DNA of 56,939 bases, taken from positions 1 to 56,939 of the forward strand of contig CAYYJO010000003.1 in the NCBI GenBank assembly GCA_964472265.1, written 5' to 3'. The stretch comes from an uncultured Caldisericales bacterium (GTDB taxonomy: Bacteria; Caldisericota; Caldisericia; JAAYUI01). Each line of letters starts with the position of its first letter. Positions within the stretch are counted from its first letter, which is position 1. The position numbers and the translations under genes were made by a program. The notes beneath the pieces were generated by a model. The model ran no database searches and was not told where the DNA came from. It saw only the letters and a program-made list of their open reading frames with translations. Shown here piece after piece: positions 12,063 to 21,600 of the stretch.

Positions 12063-15023
12063 ATGAAGAAGTCTATCCTGTCTATTGTCGCTTTGGTGCT
12101 GGTTCTTGGCTCATTGTCGCTTGCAGGCGCTAAACCTTTTGAGTCAAGTCGTGATTTTTACATCGTAGAGCTTACCGACTACACAGGCAACACCGAAATT
12201 TCATCGATGCTGATTTCAACTCAGCACGAAGGTTTCAAGACGATGATGTTCAGGAAATTTCCGGATGTTCAGGTCAATGCCGAATACAGGACGCTCCTTT
12301 CAGGCTTCTCGCTTGAAATGACTCCACAGGAAGCGAAGGACATGAGCATGGTTGACGACGTAAAAAGCGTTGTCAAAGGCCGTGTCTTTTACCCGCACAT
12401 GTTCAACTCGGTCGTCTCGACCAAGGCTGACAAGGCGTGGGAGATGAAGGATCCGAAAGGAAAAGGGCTTGACGGTTCCGGCGTGCTCGTTGGAATCATC
12501 GACACAGGCATAAACTACGACCATCCTTCGCTTGGCAACGGTTTTGCCAACGAAGACTCAAAGGTCGTTGTTGGATACGATTTCTCCGATCTCGATGCAG
12601 ATCCAATGCCGGTTTCTGGCCATCAGGGCTGGCATGGAACCCATTGCGCAGGCATCGTTGCTGGCAACGGACTTCCTGGCATTGCAAGAAACGACAGAAC
12701 CATCACCGGAATGGCGCCGGGTGCAAAACTTGGAGCCTACAAGGTTTTTGGCAATGTCGGCGGAGCAAGGACTGACAGGATCATGCAGGCAATGGAGAGG
12801 GCATATCAGGACGGCTGCAAGGTTGTCTCGATGAGCCTTGGAAGCACATACGTCTGGGCTGACGAAATCTACTGCAGGATGATCGACAAACTTACCGATA
12901 AAGGCGTTGTTTTCTCGGTCTCAGCCGGCAATGACGGCGGTGGCAGCAGGGATGACCTCCCGTTCCAGGTTGGCTCTCCCGGTGGCGCCGATTCGGCAAT
13001 CTGTGTGGCAGCCATGGATGACACTCCAAAACCGGTCATTTCGTGGGCTTCAGATAAAGCAATCATGAATTACCTCGGTGGTTCGCCAACGGTTGATGAA
13101 ACTCTCTCTGCACCGCTAGCCGATGCTGCCTCAGGTTATGAAGATGACGTAAAAAACCTCGACCTTACAGGAAAAATTGCACTAGTAAAAAGAGGTGACA
13201 AATATTTCAGCGACAAGGCCATTCAGGTACAGAAAAAAGGCGCTGTAGCCTGCATCATTTACAACAACGAACCCGGTGATTTTGGCGGATACCTCGTTGA
13301 TGCGGTCGACATTCCGGTTTTCGGCGTCAGCGACACGGTTGGCGCACAGCTGCTTGAAACCGCAAAAACCGGCGGAACTGCGAGCATAAGTGAACAAAAG
13401 TATCTCGGTGCAATGGCTGATTTCTCATCTGCCGGCCCGACAAACGACTACAGGCTCAAACCGGATGTTTCGGCACCTGGCGTAAACGTTCTTTCAAGCG
13501 TGGGTTCGTCGGCTTATGTCGAGATGAGCGGAACATCGATGGCCTGTCCGACAGTCTCAGGGCTTGCAGCTCTCGTAATTCAGGCGCACCCAGACTGGAC
13601 AGCTCATGATGTCAGGTCGTCAGTCATCAACTATGCTGACCCCCAGGCCGATCTCAAGGGCAATCCATGGTCAATCCACTCACAGGGCACTGGAAGGATC
13701 AACTGTGTCAGCTCGATCAACGCTCCAGCCCTCTTCAAACCGACGTCGCTCAACTTTGGAAAGGTGACTGGCTCAACAGAATTCAAACTCACGATCAAAA
13801 ATCCGACCTCAAAAACAGTAAAATTCAATGTCTCAGTCTACTCGGAAGATGGCATTGTAACCGGTGATGTCAAACCGGTTGAGGTTGCAGCAAAAAAGTC
13901 AGTTGAATACAAAGGAACTCTCAAGGTTTCCTCGCAGGAAGGGCTTGTCCATGTCGGCTACGTTGTCTTTGACAATGGAGAAACCAAAGCCAGAATCGGC
14001 TTCCTTCTCCTTACGAAAGACCCGCCAACGCCACCGGCAATCGACAAACAGATGGTCATGACTCCTGTTTTCTCGCCAAACGGTGACAAAAAACTTGACC
14101 GTTTCATTGCCCAGTTCAGCGTCAACAAGATGCTCGACGGTTTCGAATGGGATTTGCTTGACGAAGACGACAATCTTGTAAGTGTTCTCGACTACAGCTA
14201 CGGTCTTCAGGGCGGTGGCTTCTGGTTCCTCACCTGGAGCGGGATCGTTGAGAACGTTCCGCTTGAAGGCGGAAAGTACAAGATGGCAGTTTACACACTC
14301 GACCGCAACAAAGACCCAAGGATTCAGGCAAACTGGGAAAAGTGGGGACCAATTGAATTCTTTGTCGTTGATGAGAAGCCTGAAATAACAATGGAAAAAA
14401 TTCCGGAAGTTGTGTTCAACACGGAGGAGATAACCCTCAAAGGTTCTATCTCAGACTGGATCGCCGATGCCGATTATCTCGGCGTAAAGGGTTTCGTTTC
14501 AGTGGACACAATCGTAAACGGCAACAAATCAAAACTCATTTTGGATCCGTCTGGCAATTTCGAAACAGTCGTACCGCTCGTTCCCGGGAAAAACCAAATT
14601 CAGGTTGGAGCAACAAACGCTGGAATGATAAGGGCTGAGAAGGATATAAAAATAAATTGTCTCAAACGCATATCACTGTCGGATGGAAGCGGAAAAGTTG
14701 CCCTCAACGATTCAATCATCGATGTCGGTGATGTGAAAGTGTCCAACAACAGGGTTCTTGTAGCAATGGACAAGCTCTCTCTCCTATGCCCCGACCTCTC
14801 TTTGAACCAGAATGGACAAAACATCACTATTATCGTTGATGAAAATGTGGCGAAGATGAGGATCGGACAGCCGTTCATCCTCGCAGATGCCGGAATGAGC
14901 GTGTTTTGTGAGGCTCCGGTGTCAGACAAGGGCGTAACCTATGTTCCGGTCATGGCGCTGTTTGAAGCGCTTGGCGGACAGTACAAAGACGATTCATTCT
15001 GGTTCGTCTGGAGGGGTAATTGA
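12063..15023 (+). CDS. Secreted S8 subtilisin-like serine protease with PA-domain insert, FlgD-Ig-like module and C-terminal copper-amine-oxidase-N-type stalk domain
   Basis: Start at ATG 12063 gives signal peptide MKKSILSIVALVLVLGSLSLAGA. Catalytic motifs GIIDTGINYDH (Asp), HGTHCAGIVAG (His), SGTSMACPTVSG (Ser). PA-like segment GKIALVKRGDKYF...GAVACIIYNN. C-terminal GVTYVPVMALFEALGG stalk motif. Confidence 0.88.
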   Translation: MKKSILSIVALVLVLGSLSLAGAKPFESSRDFYIVELTDYTGNTEISSMLISTQHEGFKTMMFRKFPDVQVNAEYRTLLSGFSLEMTPQEAKDMSMVDDVKSVVKGRVFYPHMFNSVVSTKADKAWEMKDPKGKGLDGSGVLVGIIDTGINYDHPSLGNGFANEDSKVVVGYDFSDLDADPMPVSGHQGWHGTHCAGIVAGNGLPGIARNDRTITGMAPGAKLGAYKVFGNVGGARTDRIMQAMERAYQDGCKVVSMSLGSTYVWADEIYCRMIDKLTDKGVVFSVSAGNDGGGSRDDLPFQVGSPGGADSAICVAAMDDTPKPVISWASDKAIMNYLGGSPTVDETLSAPLADAASGYEDDVKNLDLTGKIALVKRGDKYFSDKAIQVQKKGAVACIIYNNEPGDFGGYLVDAVDIPVFGVSDTVGAQLLETAKTGGTASISEQKYLGAMADFSSAGPTNDYRLKPDVSAPGVNVLSSVGSSAYVEMSGTSMACPTVSGLAALVIQAHPDWTAHDVRSSVINYADPQADLKGNPWSIHSQGTGRINCVSSINAPALFKPTSLNFGKVTGSTEFKLTIKNPTSKTVKFNVSVYSEDGIVTGDVKPVEVAAKKSVEYKGTLKVSSQEGLVHVGYVVFDNGETKARIGFLLLTKDPPTPPAIDKQMVMTPVFSPNGDKKLDRFIAQFSVNKMLDGFEWDLLDEDDNLVSVLDYSYGLQGGGFWFLTWSGIVENVPLEGGKYKMAVYTLDRNKDPRIQANWEKWGPIEFFVVDEKPEITMEKIPEVVFNTEEITLKGSISDWIADADYLGVKGFVSVDTIVNGNKSKLILDPSGNFETVVPLVPGKNQIQVGATNAGMIRAEKDIKINCLKRISLSDGSGKVALNDSIIDVGDVKVSNNRVLVAMDKLSLLCPDLSLNQNGQNITIIVDENVAKMRIGQPFILADAGMSVFCEAPVSDKGVTYVPVMALFEALGGQYKDDSFWFVWRGN

Positions 15024-15727
15024 ATTGGATTGATGCAGTCATTCTTGTGGTAATAGCCATTTCTGCAATCAGAGGCTACATTCTTGGCCTTTCAGGGTCA
15101 ATCCTCAACACAATCGCCGTCCTGCTTGCATGGATCGGAGCCTTTGTCCTTGCTGCACCGATCAAAAACCTGCTCCAGTGGATTTTTGGGGTGGTCACTG
15201 CTCTTTCGAAGGTTTTCCAGCCTTACATCACGAGCATCCCGATTGCGCCAAACACGCCGGTGACCGATGCCATTGCATACGCAAAACTGCCTCCGTGGCT
15301 TGCAAATTTCTTCTCCCGTCTCGCCGACAAGAACTACACAGTCAACACAATTTCAGAGCTTTACGGCTACTGGATTGCAAACGTAATCATTGTTCTCATC
15401 GTTTTCATCATCCTTCTCATCGTGCTTGGTATCCTTTTCAGGAAACTTGCGCAGCAGGTGAAACTCAATCTCCCGAAAGAGGGATTTTTTCATGATTTCG
15501 ACCATGCCTGCGGTGCAACGCTGCATGGGCTTCTAACGCTTTTCATCTGCCTGGGCTTGCTGACCCTGTTTACGTCCCTGTTCCCCGTTGAAGTGGTTGA
15601 GGGGCAGAAGATGGCGGCTATCCCTGGCTATGTTTATAATTCATTCTTTGGAGGTTTGGTCTATCGCAACTTCCTTGGCATCCAGACGCTGTTTGGCTCT
15701 ATTGTCCGCTTTGTTGTTGGCTGGTAG
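15020..15727 (+). CDS. cvpA: CvpA-family membrane protein
   Basis: 235 aa. TTG start overlaps the protease TGA, and GGAGGGG lies 5 nt upstream. N-terminus MNWIDAVILVVIAISAIRGYILG plus four hydrophobic spans is typical of CvpA. Confidence 0.7.
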   Translation: MNWIDAVILVVIAISAIRGYILGLSGSILNTIAVLLAWIGAFVLAAPIKNLLQWIFGVVTALSKVFQPYITSIPIAPNTPVTDAIAYAKLPPWLANFFSRLADKNYTVNTISELYGYWIANVIIVLIVFIILLIVLGILFRKLAQQVKLNLPKEGFFHDFDHACGATLHGLLTLFICLGLLTLFTSLFPVEVVEGQKMAAIPGYVYNSFFGGLVYRNFLGIQTLFGSIVRFVVGW

Positions 15728-17066
15728 CCTGTTCCCCGGGGCTTTGGCCCAGGAGCCGGCGTGCCAGACGATCAAGGTGGCAATAGGAAGCAACCCGAAG
15801 GATTTTTCCCTCGGGGCAACAGGAGACTACTTTTTTATAGACCCTGGCACTGGCAAGGAATTGGTTGCCGGCACAAAAGAGGTCAAGTGCAAGGTTTCGT
15901 CCGACACAACAAAAGTCTATTCAATCTACATCGACACTTTTTACACCTACGATGATGCTGATGGATTCGGCATTATTTTGGGCAAGAGGTTTCCGGAGGA
16001 TCCGGGAAGACGAGTGACGGCCATCGACGGAGGCCTGTTCAGGCTTGAGCTTGGACAGTACCAGTCCGAAGACGATGCAAAGCAGGCCATGTCAACGCTG
16101 ACCGACATTCCGAAAGCCTCGATCTGTTCATCAACGCTTGCAGGAGTCAAAATTGGTGACACTCTGCTGCTAAAACCTCCCGTTGACAAGAAAGTATGGC
16201 AGTTCCTGATAATCAAGCCGATGGACAATGGTTATCCCGTCTACAACGGCAGAAGATACCGTGGCAAGGTATCGCTCTATATGTCTGAGGGCAAGGTTTA
16301 CGCAATCAACGAGGTTGGTTTTGAAGACTACCTCAAAGGCGTCGTTCCATCGGAAATGCCTGCAAACTGGCCACTGGAAGCGCTCAAGACACAGGCTGTT
16401 TGCGCCAGAACGTACGCATGGGGCTATTGCCAGCATCCAGATCATTACGTCTACAATCTTGGCAGTTCCGATGTCTATCAGGTTTATCTCGGCCTTGACC
16501 AGGAAACCGACAAGTCAAATCAGGCAGTCACTGAAACTTCAGGAATGCTGGCCGTATACGACAACAAGCCTATCAATGCGGTTTTCCACTCTACTTCAGG
16601 TGGAATGACTGAAAACTCCGAAAATGTCTGGGTCTCGGCCGTTCCTTACATGAAAGCCGTTGAATCACCCGGTGAAGAGGAATCACCCCACTACGCCTGG
16701 ATGAAGTTCTCCCCGTTCGACGATGCCCAGGCCAATCTTGCAGAATACACCGGCGATATCGGCGACGTTGCAGGATTCAAGGTCGTCAAGAAAGGCTTGT
16801 CCGGTCGGATTGTCAGCTGTGAAGTGACCGGCACGAAGGGCAAAAAAACGCTTGCCGGCTGGGAAGTCCAGGTTGCCCTTGGGCTGAGGTCGACATGGTT
16901 TGACATCGTTTTTGTTACAGGTGGAATCGTTGCCTGCGGCAGGGGCTGGGGTCATGGCGTGGGCATGTCGCAGTACGGCTCGAAGGCAATGGCCAACAAT
17001 GGCAAAACTTATGTTGAAATAGTCAAGCATTATTACAAGGGGGTCGAGGTCAAGAAATGGTATTGA
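15630..17066 (+). CDS. SpoIID/LytB-family protein with SPOR-like N-terminal domain
   Basis: SpoIID motifs EDYLKGVVPSEMP, ALKTQAVCARTYA, DVYQVYLG, NAVFHSTSGGMTENSENVW and GHGVGMSQYG. SPOR-like segment FRLELGQYQSEDDAKQAM. The start is uncertain: ATG 15630 was chosen, while the ORF track starts at 15588 inside cvpA. Confidence 0.82.
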   Translation: MFIIHSLEVWSIATSLASRRCLALLSALLLAGSLFPGALAQEPACQTIKVAIGSNPKDFSLGATGDYFFIDPGTGKELVAGTKEVKCKVSSDTTKVYSIYIDTFYTYDDADGFGIILGKRFPEDPGRRVTAIDGGLFRLELGQYQSEDDAKQAMSTLTDIPKASICSSTLAGVKIGDTLLLKPPVDKKVWQFLIIKPMDNGYPVYNGRRYRGKVSLYMSEGKVYAINEVGFEDYLKGVVPSEMPANWPLEALKTQAVCARTYAWGYCQHPDHYVYNLGSSDVYQVYLGLDQETDKSNQAVTETSGMLAVYDNKPINAVFHSTSGGMTENSENVWVSAVPYMKAVESPGEEESPHYAWMKFSPFDDAQANLAEYTGDIGDVAGFKVVKKGLSGRIVSCEVTGTKGKKTLAGWEVQVALGLRSTWFDIVFVTGGIVACGRGWGHGVGMSQYGSKAMANNGKTYVEIVKHYYKGVEVKKWY

Positions 17067-17115
17067 TAAACCGTAACACCCCCAACACGTATTTAAAGCA
17101 TTGGAAGGAGGCTTC

Positions 17116-18621
17116 ATGAGAAAGATTGTCTGCCTCATGCTTGTGGCCGTCACGGCTCTTGCATTCATTCCGGCGACAAAAACCCAGGAAACGCCAACAC
17201 TTTGGATTTCACCCCAGTTGGATTATGTGGCCGTGGGTTCGAGCGTACTGATTGAGTGCAAACTTACAAATGCACCGTTCACATACGGTATTTCGGTTGC
17301 AATCGTCTTTGACAACACCTACCTTGAAATCAAGGAGGATGATGTCATCGAGGGAGAATTCTACAGGTCTGACGGAGCGCCGACCGCCTTTTTCAGGAAG
17401 GTCAGCGTTGACAGGGCAAACCCTAAGATCAGCAGGCTCCATGTTGGAGTTTCAAGGATTCTCGACAAGGTTGACACCTACGGCCCGACAACCGGCTCCG
17501 GTCTCGTGTTCTACTTCTCGGCCAAAACCAAATTTGTCGGAGAGGCAGCTCTTGCCTTCGGTTCGGTCAAGATGGTGAGCATCACCTGGAGACAGGGAGA
17601 AGCTGTAATGGAGTACATCCCGGTCAAGCTCGAGGAGAGCAAGATCGTGGTCAGGGCAAAAGACACACTGGCTCCAAATGTCACGCTCACAAGGACTCCA
17701 ACCCCGGAAACCAACATCAACATCAACACTTTCGAGTGGGCGGGGCAGGACGACAGCTCGCCACCGGAAAAGCTTCAGTACTCGTTCAAGCTTGACGATC
17801 CGGCAGTTGCCGGTGAGTGGTCGAAGTGGGATTCAAAGACTCAGGCGGCCGTTGCATTCGTTCGTGAAGGCCAGAACACCTTCTGCGTCAGGGCGCGCGA
17901 CGAGTGGGGAAACATCTCCACAAAGCCAGCCTGTTTCACCTGCAACTTCGACATTACTCCACCAAAGCTCGAGCTGAACCCGATTCCAAAGGAAACTGAA
18001 ACTGAAACCTTCACAATCCTCGGCACAACCGACAAGCCTGACACCGGAGTCACCCTGTTTGTCAATGGCGCAAGGGTTCCGATCAACGCCGAGGGCAACT
18101 TCAGCTACCCGACCAGACTCATCCAGGGACCAAACACAATCCATGTCTACGCTGTCGACAAGTCAGGCAACATCGCCCAGCAGTACTTCACCATAACGCT
18201 GCTTTCAATCGTGAAGATCAAATTGTGGCAGGATGTACCGACAGCTGAGATTAACGGCCAGAGAGTGACAGTCAACCCGGCTCCGATGAACATAGGCGGC
18301 AGAATAATGATTCCGATGAGATTTGTCACCGAGGCTTTCAAGATGACAATAGACTATTCAACATCGGACAAAAAAATCACCGTAACCTGGACTTCAAAGG
18401 ATTCGGCAGGACTACCGCTCACCCACAAGCTCCAGATGTGGATTGGCAAGAAATACTACAACCTTGACGGCAAGACCATCACAAAGAATATGGATGTTCC
18501 GCCGCAAATCATAAAAGGTTCGACGATGGTGCCATTCAGGGCACTGGCTGAGGCAATCGGTGCTCAGGTTAACTGGGACAGCAACGACCGCAGGGTCGAC
18601 ATTTCTTACATCATCAGATAA
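17116..18621 (+). CDS. Candidate anchoring scaffoldin: N-terminal cohesin-like module, Ig-like modules, two C-terminal copper-amine-oxidase-N-type stalk repeats
   Basis: GGAGG lies 7 nt upstream of ATG 17116. Signal peptide MRKIVCLMLVAVTALAFIPA. Cohesin-like beta-sandwich pattern at aa ~33-186 of the ORF (nt ~17197-17658: VLIECKLTNAPFTYGISVAIVFDNTYLEI...GSGLVFYFSAKTKFVGEAALAF). Stalk repeats INGQRVTV..GGRIMIPMRFVTEAF and LDGKTIT..GSTMVPFRALAEAIGAQVNWD. Confidence 0.6.
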   Translation: MRKIVCLMLVAVTALAFIPATKTQETPTLWISPQLDYVAVGSSVLIECKLTNAPFTYGISVAIVFDNTYLEIKEDDVIEGEFYRSDGAPTAFFRKVSVDRANPKISRLHVGVSRILDKVDTYGPTTGSGLVFYFSAKTKFVGEAALAFGSVKMVSITWRQGEAVMEYIPVKLEESKIVVRAKDTLAPNVTLTRTPTPETNININTFEWAGQDDSSPPEKLQYSFKLDDPAVAGEWSKWDSKTQAAVAFVREGQNTFCVRARDEWGNISTKPACFTCNFDITPPKLELNPIPKETETETFTILGTTDKPDTGVTLFVNGARVPINAEGNFSYPTRLIQGPNTIHVYAVDKSGNIAQQYFTITLLSIVKIKLWQDVPTAEINGQRVTVNPAPMNIGGRIMIPMRFVTEAFKMTIDYSTSDKKITVTWTSKDSAGLPLTHKLQMWIGKKYYNLDGKTITKNMDVPPQIIKGSTMVPFRALAEAIGAQVNWDSNDRRVDISYIIR

Positions 18622-18630
18622 GGAGGAAAG

Positions 18631-21600
18631 ATGAAGAAACTCCTCACAATTTTCATCGCCATCTCGATGCTTGCAGGTTTGATGACATTTGTTCCTACAG
18701 GTTCGGTCGTCACCGCTGCAGGTTGCACCGGTTCCAGAAAGGCCAACAACGCCAGGGACGGAAACTATTCAGGAACGCCAATCAATGGCCCGGCGCTCCT
18801 ACAGACCTGGGTCTACAAGGATACAGCCAACATAAGCACCCCACCGCTCTCATGTGGAAACCGTGTTTACCAGGCTCTCAACAGCCGCAGGGTTGTCTGC
18901 ATCGAAAAGCTCTCAGGCACAGAACTCTGGGAGTTCAAGGAAACAACAAATTTCCCGGTGTCATCGATGGCAATCGACCAGGAAACCCAGTCGCTTGTTG
19001 TGACAACAGGTGGACAGATCGAGCGCACATCGACTCTCTATTGTCTCGATGCCTCAACTGGTGGAGTAAGATGGCAGTGGACAGCCGGCACAGACGGCTC
19101 AGTCGGTCAGATTTCGACGGGCGCAACCATCGTCAATCAGCCGGGTATCCCACTGATGATCGTCTTTGGCGTTGACAGGGGAGCAATCATTGCTCTCGAC
19201 CTCAAGTCAGGCTCAAGGATTTGGGGCATTGGTCTTAACGGCGCCATCTACACTGATCCAGTCATTGCCGAAAACAAGATATTTGCACTCAACAATGATG
19301 GTCTGCTCAACATCATCAAGCTCGAAAACGGCCAGATGCTCCAGCAGGTTCAGATTGACGACAAGGTGACTTACGAGTTCATGAACACTCCTGCTTACGC
19401 AGCCGGATTCCTGATCATCGCCTCAAGGTCAAAAGTCAACGGTGACAAAGGCAAGATTTACGCCCTCGACACAGCAACCGGCACAATCGTCTGGAAAACC
19501 TTTGCAATCGACCAATTCTACAAGAGTGGCCCGTCAATCCTCTTCCCTCCAACTTACAAGGATTATCAGGTCATCATCGGTTCAGACACAGGCATTCTCT
19601 ACACCTTCGACCTCAAGACAGGAAGAATGAACTGGTCTGTGAAGATGGTTTTCCCGTTCCTCACCGACATTGTCGTTTCGGGCAAGTACATCCTCTTTGG
19701 CGGAGCAAACACTTTCTACGTGTGTACTGGCGAAACAGGCGACGTGGTCTTCAAGCAGACGCTTGGCATGATCACGGGACATCCGGTTGTTGATGAAGGC
19801 ATGGTTTATGTCGCAACAAACGACAGCAATCTTTACGCCTTCTCAGATCATGACGATTTTGTAATCGATGTCCAACCGAGATCGGATGCCATTTATCCAA
19901 CCAACAAGCGTTCATACAAGGTTGTTATTTCGGCGACCATGAACTTCAGCGATCCGATGGTTCTCAAGGCAACCGGACTTCCAAACAACGTCACTGCAAC
20001 ATTTAGCAAGTCAGTTGTAAAGCCGGGCCTCGAAGCTGTCGAAATCGAACTCGTGCTGCAGGCTGGAGCCGATGCAAAACCTGGTACCTATGTCTGCAAC
20101 ATCTCGGGTGTTCTCCTCGGTCGTGAGCGCAACGCAATCCTTCAGCTCCAGATCCTCGAACCTCTAAAGGGTGAGTTCAAGCTGTCGGTTAGCACTGACC
20201 AGCTGACTCCGTTGAGAAACATCAATCCTGGCGACACAATCCCGTTCATGATCAAGGTTGAGGCAATCGGTGGTTTCAATGCCGAAATCGCCTTCTTTGC
20301 AAACCCGTTAACCTTGCCTTCAGGAATGGACGTCTTATTCAGCCCAGGCAAGCTCACACCCGATGGTTACGTTACGGCCATTGTCAGAACCGACACTTCT
20401 TCAGAAGCCGACCTCTACAATATCGAAATTCAGGGACATGCTGGCGGAAAGATCGCCACCACGACTGTAAGATTCCAGATCGGCGGCATGGATACCGAAT
20501 CATGGCCGATGTTCCAGAAGGACACAGTCAGGAACGGTCGCACAAAAGAGCCGTTCTTCCCTGACCCCCAGCTCAGGTGGGATTTCAAAATTACCATTGA
20601 AGGCAATACCGATGCTGTCCCGAGGATTAGAACCCAGCCAATCCAGGAATTTGGAATGCTTTATTTCACGGCTGAGTGGGAGAGCAAGGAAAACTCAAGA
20701 ATCCATGAATCAAGGCTGTATGCTACAGATTCTAAAACCGGCCAGGTCATCTGGACGTTTGACTTCATGAAATCGGTTTTCGAGGTTGATAACTTCGACG
20801 ACTGCGAAGACAAGCAGTGGCCTGTCATGAGCACCCCTGCTGTCGACAGCGAGGAAGGGCTTCTCTACATCGGCTCGCTTGACGGCGTTTTCTACTGCCT
20901 CGATGCAAGAACCGGCCAGAGGGTCTGGAGCTATAACACAAAGAGAATCATCAGAACTCCGGTTCTTCTTCTCAAGCCACCGGAAGTCACCAAAAAGATG
21001 GTTTATTTTGCGACCGTTGAAGGCACAATCCATGCGATGGCAGCCGGTCGTGACGCAAATGCAACCGTTGTCGCAACTTTTGCAGCTCCAAGCAAGGTTT
21101 ATGCAGGCTTCTCATACGCTCTCAACAAGAAACCGCCACAGCAGCCAATGATCCTGTTCCCGTGTTTTGACGGCCAGGTTTACGCACTGAATGCCAACGA
21201 CCTGACAAAAGTCTGGGCAGTTTCGATCTACAACATAAAGAACCTCAGCACAATTGCAGTTGACAACGACAGACAGGAGTGGTGGATCGCATCGTCTCAG
21301 GGCGATCCTGGCACCTGTTACCAGAACTCGATGGTTGAGCGCCACTATTTGCAGGATGGAAACCTTGGCTGCCAGAGGGCTACGTTTGGTCCAACATTCG
21401 GTTCGCCAGCCCTTGTTCTCCTTCAGGATGCAACCATCTGCCACTTTGCGACAAACTTTGGTTCGACACCACAAACACCCGCGCCGACCTACCGCTTCAT
21501 GAAGCTTAAAAACGACCAGTGCCTTGGAATGTCCGACATTGTTGTTGAAAAAGGCATGTGGAACTGTGATGGCGAGCAGTGCATGAAGAACGACTACAAC

